DNA of 55,092 bases from Prorocentrum cordatum (lineage: Eukaryota), in contig CAUYUJ010000185.1 of NCBI GenBank assembly GCA_963575745.1, positions 62,001 through 117,092 on the forward strand, written 5' to 3'. Below are positions 1 to 10,657 of this stretch, piece by piece (within the stretch, counting starts at the first letter, position 1; each line of letters starts with the position of its first letter). The notes beneath the pieces were generated by a model, which searched no databases, had not been told where the DNA came from, and saw nothing but the letters and a program-made list of their open reading frames with translations. A program made the translations under genes and the position numbers.

Positions 1-226
1 GTCGCTGCTAGGGCGCGGCAATGGCCACCTGTACCATGTGCGGGGATATCGCGCATGGGGTGCAATGTTTCTCTTTTTAGGTCGAGCGGTTGCACCTAGG
101 GACGACGACGGCGACGCCGAATGCGTGCACATGTGCTCACCTGACGACATGTCACCCCCAAACACCAACATTCCCACACATTCTGCAAAATTATCGTGCG
201 CGTCGTGTCCGGACTGCGCGCGCTAC

Positions 227-432
227 CGATGACCCACCGATGACCTACCGATGACGCGTCATCGATGAGCTCATCGATGAGCTCATCGATGAGCTCATCG
301 ATGACCTGCCCCAAACCATATATATATATACGAAAAGTGCGATGTCGCATCGATGACTTACCGATGACCATCGATGTCCTACCGATGATCCACCGATGAC
401 CCACCGATGACCCACCGATGACCTACCGATGA
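227..432. repeat. Array of CCGATGAC/CATCGATG motifs, including tandem 12-bp palindromes CTCATCGATGAG
   Basis: gtcatcgatgagctcatcgatgagctcatcgatgagctcatcgatgacc plus flanking accgatgaccc units. Confidence 0.9.
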
Positions 433-689
433 CACGCCGACAAGAGCTCCCAAACCGTGACACGATGCCCTCCTAAAGCATTATGATGTCGAAGGAATCG
501 AGATAGTGTACGACCCGCCCATGTATTCTACATCATATTGCAGACATCGTCGTCGTCGTCAGTGTTATCATCATCATCACTGGTGTTTAAGCTATTCTGC
601 ACACGCGGTAGGCACTACGATCACGCCATCGTTGCTCACTTGTTTGCACCATCGTGTTCAGAGCCGCGTTTGGCTCGATTAATTGGACC

Positions 690-3600
690 ATGGAGGTCCG
701 TAGGCGGCGCACCTTGTCACCGCCCGTGGCACCAGCTGCGAGGGCCGAATCTGGAGAGGCCCTGCTCGCTGAGTTTCAACGTTTATTTTGTCTCGGCACC
801 ATCACAGCCAAAAGCTTTTGCGAGCTCGCGTACCACGCAGCCCGAGCTGGGGCCGTCGGGGAAATCAAGCAGTGGGGTCTAGCGCCTCAGCCGCAAGCGA
901 ACAGTGGAAACTACAACAAGCTCATCGAACGCAAGATCCGTGATGCTGGTGTCACTGTTGTACAACCCGTTAGCATAGATGTGCCATGCCAGGCACGGAA
1001 ATCTCGCAGCAGAGCCATCATGCAAACTGGAGCGCGCCCATTCCACGAGCTTGTGAAATCTGAAGTTGCATCACCGTTGTCTGCATTGGTTATGCGAGAG
1101 CGCATCTCCGACCGATCGTGGCCCCCCGCGTTCAACGAACATCCTGTCAAGGTCGGTGCTGGCCCTGGTGTCCTAGTCATACCAGTCGGTTTGTTTGTGG
1201 ATGCAGCGCAATATGGTGGCGCTGCTGGCGCTGGTCGGAGTAAATCTGTCTTGGTGTTTTCAATTATCAATTTGGCGACCCAGCGTCGCCATGTGGGGAT
1301 CACGTTTCGGAAGCACCTTCATTGTAAATGCGGCTGTCGCGGCAATTGCTCATATGCCAGGCTGTTCACATTTGTACGCTGGTGCGCCGACGCAATGTCG
1401 ACTGGTGAATACCCTCGGTCCGACTGGGACGGGCGGCGGTGGGCGGACGCCGATGCGGCGCGACGTGCGCTCGGTGGTACAAAGTTGGGCTTCAAATGTG
1501 CGCTGATTTACGTGATGGTAGACTGGGAAGCCCTGGTCAATCACCTTGGGCTGCCGCAGTGGAACTCGACTGTGGGATCCTGCCCGCTATGTGATTCAAC
1601 GCTGGCGAACAGGCACAGTTACAGGTGAGCGTTTTTTTTTCCATTCATTCATGCCAGTCGCGAAGTCATCATCCTCACCCTTTGTTTCGTCGTCCTCCAT
1701 TTCCTCCTACTCCTCCTTCCCCTCATCATCCTCCTAACCCACCCCCTTCTCGTCCCTCTCCCAACCCCTCCGCGACGGCGGAGGCGGCGACGACGTGCGT
1801 CCGGTTAGCATGAGTAATTCCAAACGCACGGTGCAACCAGCTCGACGCGCGCACGTGCATGCAACGAGACAATCCTTGCAGCAAGTGACGGGGGTATGTT
1901 GCAGCGCCTCGAGTAGGTCGCGTTTTTGATGTGTGGGCCCACATTAAAATTTAACCCCTGTGTACGCACATCATCCCTGGAGGATTGTCTCGTGACACGC
2001 TTGCTCCTGCTTGCAGCTTGGTAGAAGCATGCCGCTACCAGCCTTCTTCTTGAAGATGAGTCGCCCTGGGTAGATCACGATCAAGGTGACCACCTGGATG
2101 CGACGGCGCGCGCAACTGTGTGGGTCTTCATCGGATCAGAAACGGAACGAGCCGAGCTTTGGAGTTGTGCAGGCATGTATTTCGACAGGCGCAAGCGTGG
2201 TAGAGGCCTGACTGTCGGACGCCCCGTGCCCCCGATCAACGCTGCCAGTGCCGCTTTGGTTCCTGGGGACCGACTCTTCCCCCAGACTGGTTTGGAAGAT
2301 GTGGCGACGTACGCCGTTGTTGATTTCCCTGGTTGGATTAAGTTCTGGCGGCCTTCCAGGGCGACAATCGTAACTCAACCAAATCCTATCTGGGAGACAG
2401 GGGCAGGACAAGTCAGCGTTGTTGGTTCATATGCTATAGACTTTCTGCACACCGTTGCCCTTGGGGTGATGGGATCGGTAGTATGCTCGACGGCGTGGGC
2501 GGTGCTCGCATCTGATGTGTTTGCTCCGAAGGGCTTGGACAAGTCAACTCGGCATTCTCTCGGGATTGGACGTTTGAATGCATTGCTGGATGCTTGGTAT
2601 TCTGAAGAAGCCCGACAAGGTCGGACACCAAATCAAGTGGAAGGGCTTGTACCGACAATGTTCGGATCCCCAGGGAAACATGCAGTGAAAACGAAGGGGG
2701 CAGAAACGATAGACTTGTTTCGCTGGTGTGTCGAATCTATTTTGCCTGTCTATGCTGCTCGTATCCAGCATGGGGAGAACTTGTTATCGTGTGCGCAAGC
2801 TTTGTACGATTGGTATACATATCTCAAACAACAACCCGATTGTGTCCCAGATGATGCATGCGAGAATTTGAAAACGCTTGCCCTTCGACACCTCGTTCGG
2901 TTGCGAGCTGCACGAATTGTTTTACGTCCAAAGCACCACTTGTTCTGGCACCTGAATGCAAGGACCACATGCCTCTCCCTTGCGGTGATCGTTCAATGGG
3001 GGAGGGTAACATTTGACTCAGTGGTGAGGGTCAGGACGAACAGGAGGAGGAGGAAGAGTAACAGGAGGAGGAGGTGGGGGGTGATGAATGACGACTGCAA
3101 CATTCAAAACACAAACATGGGGACGGCGCGACGAATGCAGCAACGGTGTGGTCCGTTTGTCCTACTTTCCACACGAGATCAGACCTCGTACCATTCGCAT
3201 CGATGATGCATCGGTGGTGTGTCGATCGTGAATCATTGACGCATCGATGACGCATCGATGACGCATCGACGAGGCATCGATGATGCATCGATGATGCATC
3301 TGCGTCGAATCGGCGATGCATCGGTGGTGCATATGTGGCGATCGTCGTGCCGCAGTCGGTCGGACATAGCGTACACGCGTGAGTCCTTAGGTTGGTGGGG
3401 GGCTTGCGTTCTTGCTTACCAGAGCTGTACGTTAGTTTCGTCAGTGTGGACCCCGTGGGCCAAATAGATGCGGTGCCTCCCGAAACACGTGTTCTCCAAT
3501 CACCAAAGACAGTGCATCCCCATCAATGCGTGAGTCGGGCAATCGACACACCTTTCTCTGGCCACTCGCCATGGGACATCCTCGCAACGCCACCTGGTAA

Positions 3601-4088
3601 TAGCCAATATGATTCAATATCCTTATTCTGTTCTACTTCCCCTTCGGTCCCTCTTCATTGCTACTGTTGTCATTATACGCAGCTCCTCCCTCTCATAACC
3701 CTCCTCTCGCACATCTCCCACTGCTCAGCACGGGGCGAGGGGCCTTCACGAAGGCCGATCCGACGCCTCGCCGTCTGGTCAACGCCCCCCCCCCCCCCCA
3801 ATCCACGTCTCCGTGCCCTCTCACTCGGGGCAGTCTCCCTCACATCACCCTCTGATCCTCCTCTCCCCTGACCCCCATCAAATCCATCCATCGCCTCCTG
3901 AGCCCGAGAGGATTTCAGTTTTCGGGCACCCGCGCCTCTATGCCACCTGGCGGGATGAAACGCTCAATGCTCTCATAGCAAATTTGGCTGAAGTGAGTCA
4001 CAGTGCACAGTTTGAACGTGGTATATTCCAACGGCTTGATCTACAAGCCGCCTTGAACATCGGTGCGTCGCGACCACGCTTGCCCTGA
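690..4088 (+). CDS. Spliced DDE transposase, CMC (CACTA/Mirage)/Plavaka-like; exons 690-1624, 2042-2962, 3911-4088 (~677 aa)
   Basis: The exons join in frame (AG|GTGAG...CAG|C and AG|GACC...GAG|G). Motifs occur in the expected order: GLFVDA (D at 1200), CKCGCRG, VMVDWE (D at 1521), CPLC (1581), IDFLHTVALGV (2439), PKHHLFWHL (2931), GHPRLYATWRDETLN (E at 3957). Confidence 0.8.
3198..3325. repeat. GCATCGATG motif array inside transposase intron 2
   Basis: gcatcgatgacgcatcgatgacgcatcgacgaggcatcgatgatgcatcgatgatgcatc. Confidence 0.85.
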
Positions 4089-4160
4089 TTATCCTGATAG
4101 GTATTGCATCGCCTGGTATATCGTCTCCAGTTCCTACGTGGGTTTCGGAATTGGCCTCAG

Positions 4161-5217
4161 GCAATGATGACCAGTCGTATTGGGGACAAGTGCAGTATGT
4201 GGCTAGAACGGTGCCTTCTTTACTACACACAGGTGCACATGTGGCAAATGCTCGTGACGCACGTGACCCTACCCCCTCCCCAGTCCATCTTGCGCGTCGC
4301 CACGGCTGGAATCATATCGAATTCTAGCATGCTCACTACACGTCGGGGCGTGCGTTTGTTGCGAAGTGTCAGCCAGGTGCTATCGTACGGGACCTGGACT
4401 TCGCTCATATTTTCAGTGGGCGGGACTCACCTGGACGAGCCGCCCGCCGCAGGTCTTTGTCAGTTGACACCTTTGACATTCTAGATGACCCGAGTCTCGA
4501 CATCGCAACGTGTGCTGGGATGCTGTGGGCGGCCATCATGTGTGCCAGAGTTCGCCGTTCTGGCATGGTGCATTTCGGCATTGATTGCAGAAGCTTTGCT
4601 TGGATCTCTCGTTGGCAGAGTGGCAGGACCAAATCAGATCCAGTTGGGGACGACGGTTACCATCTATCTGCTCTCGGTAACCTCATGACGCTGTTCGTGA
4701 GTTGGGTTGGAACGTACCTGCATCTGAACGGAGTGTACTTTGGAATCGAGCAGCCAGTGTGCTCGATCATGAAGCATCATCCTGCGTTTTTGAGCCTGTC
4801 GCGGCGAATTAAGATCAACACTCTGTGCACGTGGTTGGGTGCGTTTGACAGCAAGCTCCCAATCCACAAAGGCATCCATATCTTTTCCAGCGCTTCGCGC
4901 AACTCCGAACCACGCATGCATCGAGATCTAACCCCCTTGGCCCCAACGCACCACGCCGCGTTCTGTTACCACGCGCTTCTCGCTCTGATTGCAGAGCAAC
5001 GGACACCACAGCGCCCTTAGACATCGTGAGTCGCTATTTGCGCAGGGCTAAGCCGAAGAAGGCGAAGTCGCGCAAGAGCCGTTCGTCTCACTGGACGCAG
5101 GTTGGAAATTGCGTCGTGGGTGGCCCAGCGCTGAAAGGTTCTGGTGCGTACCCTAGGGCGTTCGGAGAAAGCATGGCCAGGATGATCGTTCGTTTGCTCG
5201 CAGCTGATTCGCGCTGA
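4161..5217 (+). CDS. C5-cytosine DNA methyltransferase of the divergent transposon/virus type; exons ~4161-4232, 4377-~4889, ~5012-5217
   Basis: Motif I RDLDFAHIFSG (4388-4420), motifs II/III VDTFDILDDPSLDI, motif IV FGIDCRSF (Cys at 4586), GN helix, motif VI GIEQP (4742-4756), TWLGAF...HKG, and C-terminal SGAYPRAFG (~5140-5166). The 5' start and last intron boundaries are uncertain. Confidence 0.75.
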
Positions 5218-6261
5218 CTGTCATTAGCCGCTGTTGAGATTGAAGCGCGCATGTGCAAGTGCCGCAATTCGGAGTTATTTTATTCCAGCTGCTGTGTGGT
5301 ACTGGTGCTGAGCATTCCTACGCACGTGTGGAAGCATGTGTGGGCGTGTGTGCTCTCGTGAACTTGTATTTCGCCTTCGGTTCCAGACTGCTAATTCGCA
5401 TCGCCGTCCAATCATCTCTTTAAAGGGGGGGCGCTCTGATGTATCAGCGATGTACAACGCGCGAACATGCATCGGCGATGTCGTCGCTCCTGGGTCCTAA
5501 CTTGCGCACCAAGCCCCCACCATCATCACCATCATTATCATCATCGTTGCTGCCGCCATCATCGTCACCGTCGCACTCACTCAATCACGATTCCCTCTCT
5601 CCTCCACCAACAGGGTAGCATTCTTGCGGTGCGCGTGGTCTCAGATCCCGACCAGATACTGGAATGCCTCCATCAACGATGCATCGGCAATGCGTCGGCG
5701 GCGGTGCATCGGCGAGCGGGGGTGCGTCCGGTAAAGATCTGGCACCGTTCAATTGGCAGGGCGGCGGGCGCCTGCCCCGTGACAGGATGAGCACGCGTGC
5801 CTGGCAGCGCGCGGCGTTGGATTGCCTCTGCTCCGACCCGAACTGTCGCAACACCGTCTCCCCGACTCCCCATCATAGCTATCACTTCTGTCTCTGCTAC
5901 TCTTCTTCTCTGATTCTCAATTCCCTCCACCCTCGCCATCATGCGAACGCTGCGCGTGCCACACCTGCAGGGGTTGGAAGAGGAGGGAAGTAAATATGAG
6001 AGGGCGGAGGATGAGGAGGAGTTGGGTGCGGAGGGAGGGGAGGAGGAGGACGAGAACGATGATCCAGATAAAGATGAGAATGAGGCGGAGGCCTCGTCTT
6101 TCTGTCGCGGCCTTGGTCCGACCACCAAACTAACATTTGCATGGCCTACAATTCCACGCTACTTCGGCCCCCGCGCTCCTGTCCGTAGCACTTCATCTCA
6201 AGCCTTGCATTTGAGCGAGTTGAGTTTGTGTACGGTACTTCAGCCTTCAGTGGCTGCAGTG

Positions 6262-7166
6262 ATGAGCGCTCAGCAGCAGTTCCTGCTGAAGGGCCAGAAC
6301 GTGAACATTTCGAGAGTGGCCTGGATGCACGTGTACCTGGAGAATCTCCAGACGTGGGGCTTCTTCCCATTCTCTTGCGTGAACCAGGCCATGGGCGAGA
6401 AGAGTAACATGAGCGCAGCCGATGGCGAGCCTGAGGAGACTGCATTCGGAGTGTCGCCATCGGCTGTCAAGAACGAGCTCGGCATATACTTGTCGGAGTA
6501 CACGGATCCCACCGTCATCAAGATCTACATTGCTTACGGCCTCAAAGACGGAACCATCCCGAGGAAGGGCGGCGCCGAATACGGTAGCCATGATATCATC
6601 AGGCCAGAAACGTGGTTGTACATCGAGACTTCAGTTGCGCCACAGACGCCAGATTCGTGGAAGGACGCAGCGTGGCCCGATGATGACTACAATAACACCT
6701 TGGCCGAGAGCGCAGACGGCGTCGGCTCCGTGACGGTGTTCATCCAGGAGAAGGACGACTGGGAAACGATCATGCCCCCGCCCAAGGAGGTTCGCACAAT
6801 CAAGGGCACGGGCGTCGTGACGAACTACAACACGATTGTGCTCAAGAAGTGCGTGGCAAGCACGATGGGTATCGACGCCACTTCGAAAGGCGCCGTGAAC
6901 CAGATCCGCGTCTACCGCACCGAGGAGAGCGGCCAGGCAACGGGCTCCCCGTTGAAGGGCAACGTCTTGATCAACACGAAGCTGTCGTACGTGGTCGCGA
7001 TCGAACCAGACACTGTCGTGGAGGTGTTCGAGAAGAATGTGCTCAGCTGGGACATCGGCGACAACACGATGCTGGACGGGCCTCAGTGATCAAGCACGTC
7101 TTCAACGAGACGGTCATCTTTGCTCGCCATCGGACGAGCACGCCGCGACGCCGCTTGACGGCATAA
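6262..7166 (+). CDS. Uncharacterised accessory protein of the transposon cassette; possible frameshift near 7075-7090
   Basis: Non-repetitive ORF with strong C/G third-position bias from the ATG at 6262 to the stop at 7089. Coding-like sequence continues in another frame (ASVIKHVFNETVIFARH) to 7166. There may be additional upstream exons around 5670-5850. Confidence 0.55.
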
Positions 7167-7427
7167 GAGCTACAGCGCTCACCAACGGCACACCGACCTC
7201 AGCCGCCGTGGGTGCACCGCAAAAACGAGGCCAACAGTTGCATCAGCATCACCACACCTGTGCCATCATTGTTGCTACGCTTGTCTGCGTAATGTCTTAA
7301 CAGATTCGTTCAGCCCGTGTCGTTGTTTACGCAGCTGCCACCGCGTCCGGTATCCCTCTCTGGATCCCCGTGCCTCGCTGGGGTCTGCTACGCTCGCAGA
7401 GCTCGACGTGATCGAGCGTGGGCCAGA

Positions 7428-7752
7428 GATGCATCGGCGAGCAAACGATCATCGATGCGTCATCGATGACCTCATCGATGACGCGATGATGCATCGGCGA
7501 CGCATCTGCAACTACGGGACGACTACTGAACCTGGAACCTCGCAGCGTAGCAACGCCACCCTTATTCCGACAACTACCACTCCTCCCTCACTCGCCTCCC
7601 ACTCTATCCATCCTACGTCGTCTGCACCCGTTTCTTTCCACGCTCAATCCCCTGTTCCCGAGTCGGCAATGCATCGGCGCGGCAACCATCGATGAACTCA
7701 TCGATGTGTCCTTGACGAAATAGAGCAGTGCATCGGCGATGCATCGACGATC
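7428..7752. repeat. CATCGATG motif clusters between accessory ORFs
   Basis: atcatcgatgcgtcatcgatgacctcatcgatgacgc (7448-7485) and ccatcgatgaactcatcgatg (7686-7706). Confidence 0.85.
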
Positions 7753-7949
7753 CGCTTGACTACCCCGACGGATGTGGGGCCCATCAATTACACGGATGGA
7801 TGTTGGTGAGATCAATGGGCAGGTGCAGTTCAACACATATTGCGGATGGGGGCGGCTCGTTTGCAATTGTTTCAGACGTGAAACGAGTACGGGCCATCAA
7901 GGGTGATAAACATGATGATGATGATGATGTTGGTGACGATGGTGTAGCC

Positions 7950-8696
7950 GTTTTTGGGTTCGAGCTGCCGTTCGAGAGTTGCGATAGCTCCGATTGCAAC
8001 GAGCGCGACGCGCCAGCTGTGCGCCTCAACATCGCGTCGCACCCAGCGGCGTCGCACGAAGCTCGCACGTGGGCGCAGTACGGGGTTCTTCGGGCTACTG
8101 CAGCACAGGTGGGCGACGTCGGCGACGTGCAGGTCAACGGGAACATCAGCAACGACAACGAGCATTTCGGGCCGACCGAATACGAGCTATTCGACCCTGA
8201 CGACATGAGCCCGTCGGAAGGTGACGACGAACAGATGCCTGAAGCCGAAGGCGGCTCCAACGGGCCCGACGACACGGCGCAGCACGACAAGACGGAGAGC
8301 GGCACCGAGCAGCACGTGAAGCAGCATCATCAGCAGCAGCACGAGGATTCAGAGCTCGCCGTGACGAATGATGCCAACATGAAGGCGTTCGCTGAGGAAG
8401 TGGCCGCCTGGGATACGACGCTCGAGACGATGCGGGGCCACGTCGACGCCATCAAGGTACTGACCGAGAAGAACGAGCAGGCGGAGAAGAAGAAGCTCGA
8501 TCGCCTGCTGAAGCAGGTGAGGCCGCCCGCTGGCCCACTCGCCGACCTCGTGGCGCCTGCTGGCGCGCTCAGCGGCCTGGTGGGCAACGCGGAGCTCACC
8601 ACGGCTGCGCCGCCGCCGCCGATCGAGCCGCCCGCGATGGCCGAGCCGATCTCGTGGCCGTCGCCTACGTCGCCGACGGCAGACGAGCTCGCGTAG
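7950..8696 (+). CDS. Uncharacterised acidic/coiled-coil/Pro-rich protein (3' part of ORF 7728-8696)
   Basis: Codon-biased ORF with an acidic region, a heptad-like segment (MKAFAEEVAAWDTTLETMRGHVDAIKVLTEKNEQAEKKKLDRLLKQ) and a Pro-rich tail. The start is uncertain. Confidence 0.5.
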   Translation, partial: VFGFELPFESCDSSDCNERDAPAVRLNIASHPAASHEARTWAQYGVLRATAAQVGDVGDVQVNGNISNDNEHFGPTEYELFDPDDMSPSEGDDEQMPEAEGGSNGPDDTAQHDKTESGTEQHVKQHHQQQHEDSELAVTNDANMKAFAEEVAAWDTTLETMRGHVDAIKVLTEKNEQAEKKKLDRLLKQVRPPAGPLADLVAPAGALSGLVGNAELTTAAPPPPIEPPAMAEPISWPSPTSPTADELA

Positions 8697-8772
8697 GTCG
8701 AGGATTGCGGCGGCATTCGAACAAACGAGTGGCGATGGAGAGGATGAGGAGGATGATGGTGGTGATGATGAT

Positions 8773-8803
<31 letters not shown>

Positions 8804-8939
8804 AGGAAGGGGACGATGATGAGTAGGATGAGGAGGAGGCGGAGGAGGACGAGGAGGCTGAGGAGGCTGAGGAGGGGCAGGAGGAGGAGGAGGATGATGA
8901 GGAGGAGGAGGATGAGGATGAGGCGGAGGAGAAGGATGA

Positions 8940-8970
<31 letters not shown>

Positions 8971-9029
8971 GAGGAGAAGGAGGAGGAGGAGGAAGAGGAG
9001 GAGGATTGTTGGGGTCGGTGGCACGTTGA

Positions 9030-9090
9030 CGCATCATCGATGAGTCATCGATGAGTCATCGATGACGCATCGATGACGCGTCGATGCGCC
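9030..9090. repeat. CATCGATG array at the right end of the cassette (11-bp period)
   Basis: catcatcgatgagtcatcgatgagtcatcgatgacgcatcgatgacgcg. Confidence 0.9.
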
Positions 9091-9679
9091 GCCGACCGGT
9101 TCCCTGCTTCTCGCCCCCCTGCGCCCCAAAGGAGTGAGCTGCCGCGGAGCCTGCGCGCCGCGCGCGCTGCCCGTCGCCTGTCGCGGCGGAGGGTGTTTCC
9201 AGAGGGGAGGAGTGACACCGAAGGCGCTCCTCTTCCTCCTCCTCCTCCTCCTCCTCCTTCTCCTCCTTCTCCTTCTCCTCCCCCTCCCCTCCTCCTCCTC
9301 CTGCTCCTGCTCCTGCTGCTGCTGCTGCTGGTGATGCTGCTGCTGCTGCTGCTCCTCCTCCTTCTCCTCCTCATCCTCCTCCACCTCGTTCTCTTCATCC
9401 TGCTGCTGCTGCTGCTGCTGCTCCTCCTCCTCCTCCTCCTCCTCCTCATCATCATCCCACCGTTGAGGTCCCTGAGGCTGAGGAGGAGGAGGAGGAGGAG
9501 GACGAGGGGGAGGAAGAGGAGGATGAAGATGAGGAGCAGGATAATCAGGAGGAGGACGATCAGGAGAACGGGGGAGGGGGAGGGGAAGGTGGGGGGGCGA
9601 GGGGGGGGAGGAAAATGAGAAGGAGGAGGAGGAGGAGGAGGAGGAGGAGGACGAGGAGGAGGATGGATACGAGAACGGT

Positions 9680-9842
9680 GCAACCCACCGCAAACAGCGT
9701 ATGGTAGCCATCACGTCTTCAATAGATATGGCCACCCACCACAAACAGTGGATGGTAGCCGTCGCGTGTTTCACTCCATATGGCAACCCACCGCAAACAG
9801 TGGATGGTAACCGTCACATGTTTCACTCTATCTGGCAACCCC
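9680..9842. repeat. Minisatellite, ~52-bp unit x3
   Basis: GC(A/C)ACCCACC(G/A)CAAACAG..ATGGTA(G/A)CC repeated three times. Confidence 0.85.
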
Positions 9843-10569
9843 GGCTTTGTAGTCTGAGGTGAAGTTCGATAACATCGTCGAATTTCCTGGGATTTCGCTT
9901 GTAAAAAAAACAGCCGTTTTGGACTGAGAACCACGCGATATCGCGGCGGAAGTAAGTACAGTGTTTGAGACTCGCCATTCGCGCTTTACTGAACAACATC
10001 TGCTTCTCCTCCTCCTCGTCCTCCTCTTCCTCCTGCTCCTCCTCCTGCTCCTCCTCCTGCTCCTCCTCCTGCTCCTCTTCCTGATCCACCAGCTCCTCCT
10101 CCTTCTTCCGTTCCTCCTCCTTCTCATCCTTCGCCTCATCCCTCTCCTCCTCCTCCTCCTCCTCCTCCTCCTCTCCTCCTCCTCCTCCTCCCCTCCCCTC
10201 CCCTCCCCTCCCCTCCCCTCCCCTCCCCGCCCCTCCCTCCATCTCGCTCTCGACTTCTCCTCCTCCTTCTCTTCGTCCTGCCCCTCCCTCCCTTCTTCGG
10301 AGCGGCGGGTGGCCTCGATCTCGTAGTGGAAGTGCTCGGTGAATAAGTACGGCGCCGCTCTGCGAAGACATGGCCAGGGGCAGGCGGCACAGACAACAGC
10401 CGATTATCATATTTTGGGAAGGACCAGAAGTCTTTTTCGACGCAAGCGTTTCGCCTGATGAATCTTCACAGAATTTCCGAACGAATTCCTAAAACGATCA
10501 ATATGTTCATGCCTAACTCGCTGAATTCCGATGCAACAGCCATCATTACCCACTACATCGAAAGCTCAC

Positions 10570-10657
10570 GTCTTAGAATAGCACTTCAAGTCCTAGAATA
10601 GTACTTCATGTCTTAGATGATACAAATCTAGCACTTGAGTCCTAGAATAGCACTTGG
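10570..10657. repeat. Short ~20-bp tandem repeat GTC(T/C)TAGAATAG(C/T)ACTT
   Basis: Three to four degenerate copies are visible. Confidence 0.75.

Larger units (their letters stand above)
1..9100 (+). mobile_element. Large DNA transposon-like cassette: transposase, DNMT, two ORFs and CATCGATG arrays; left end probably outside the window
   Basis: Co-oriented compact genes with large exons, unlike the host kinase. Shared palindromic repeat arrays occur at ~227-430, 3198-3325, 7435-7750 and 9030-9090. No terminal inverted repeat (TIR) or TSD was identified. Confidence 0.6.

Noticed and set aside
38..232. Small Cys-rich ORF ending at the first repeat array
   Set aside because: It is too short to call. 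It could be the last exon of an upstream cassette gene, but this is unsupported.
9212..9226. TGACACCGAAGGC, shared with ~21056, as a possible right terminus of the large element
   Set aside because: It is only 13 bp, with no matching left terminus or TSD in the window.
9680..9842. Regularly spaced repeats resembling a CRISPR array (also 36648-36965, 40360-40640, 50020-50336)
   Set aside because: The spacers are themselves homologous, there are no cas genes, and the context is eukaryotic. These are minisatellites.
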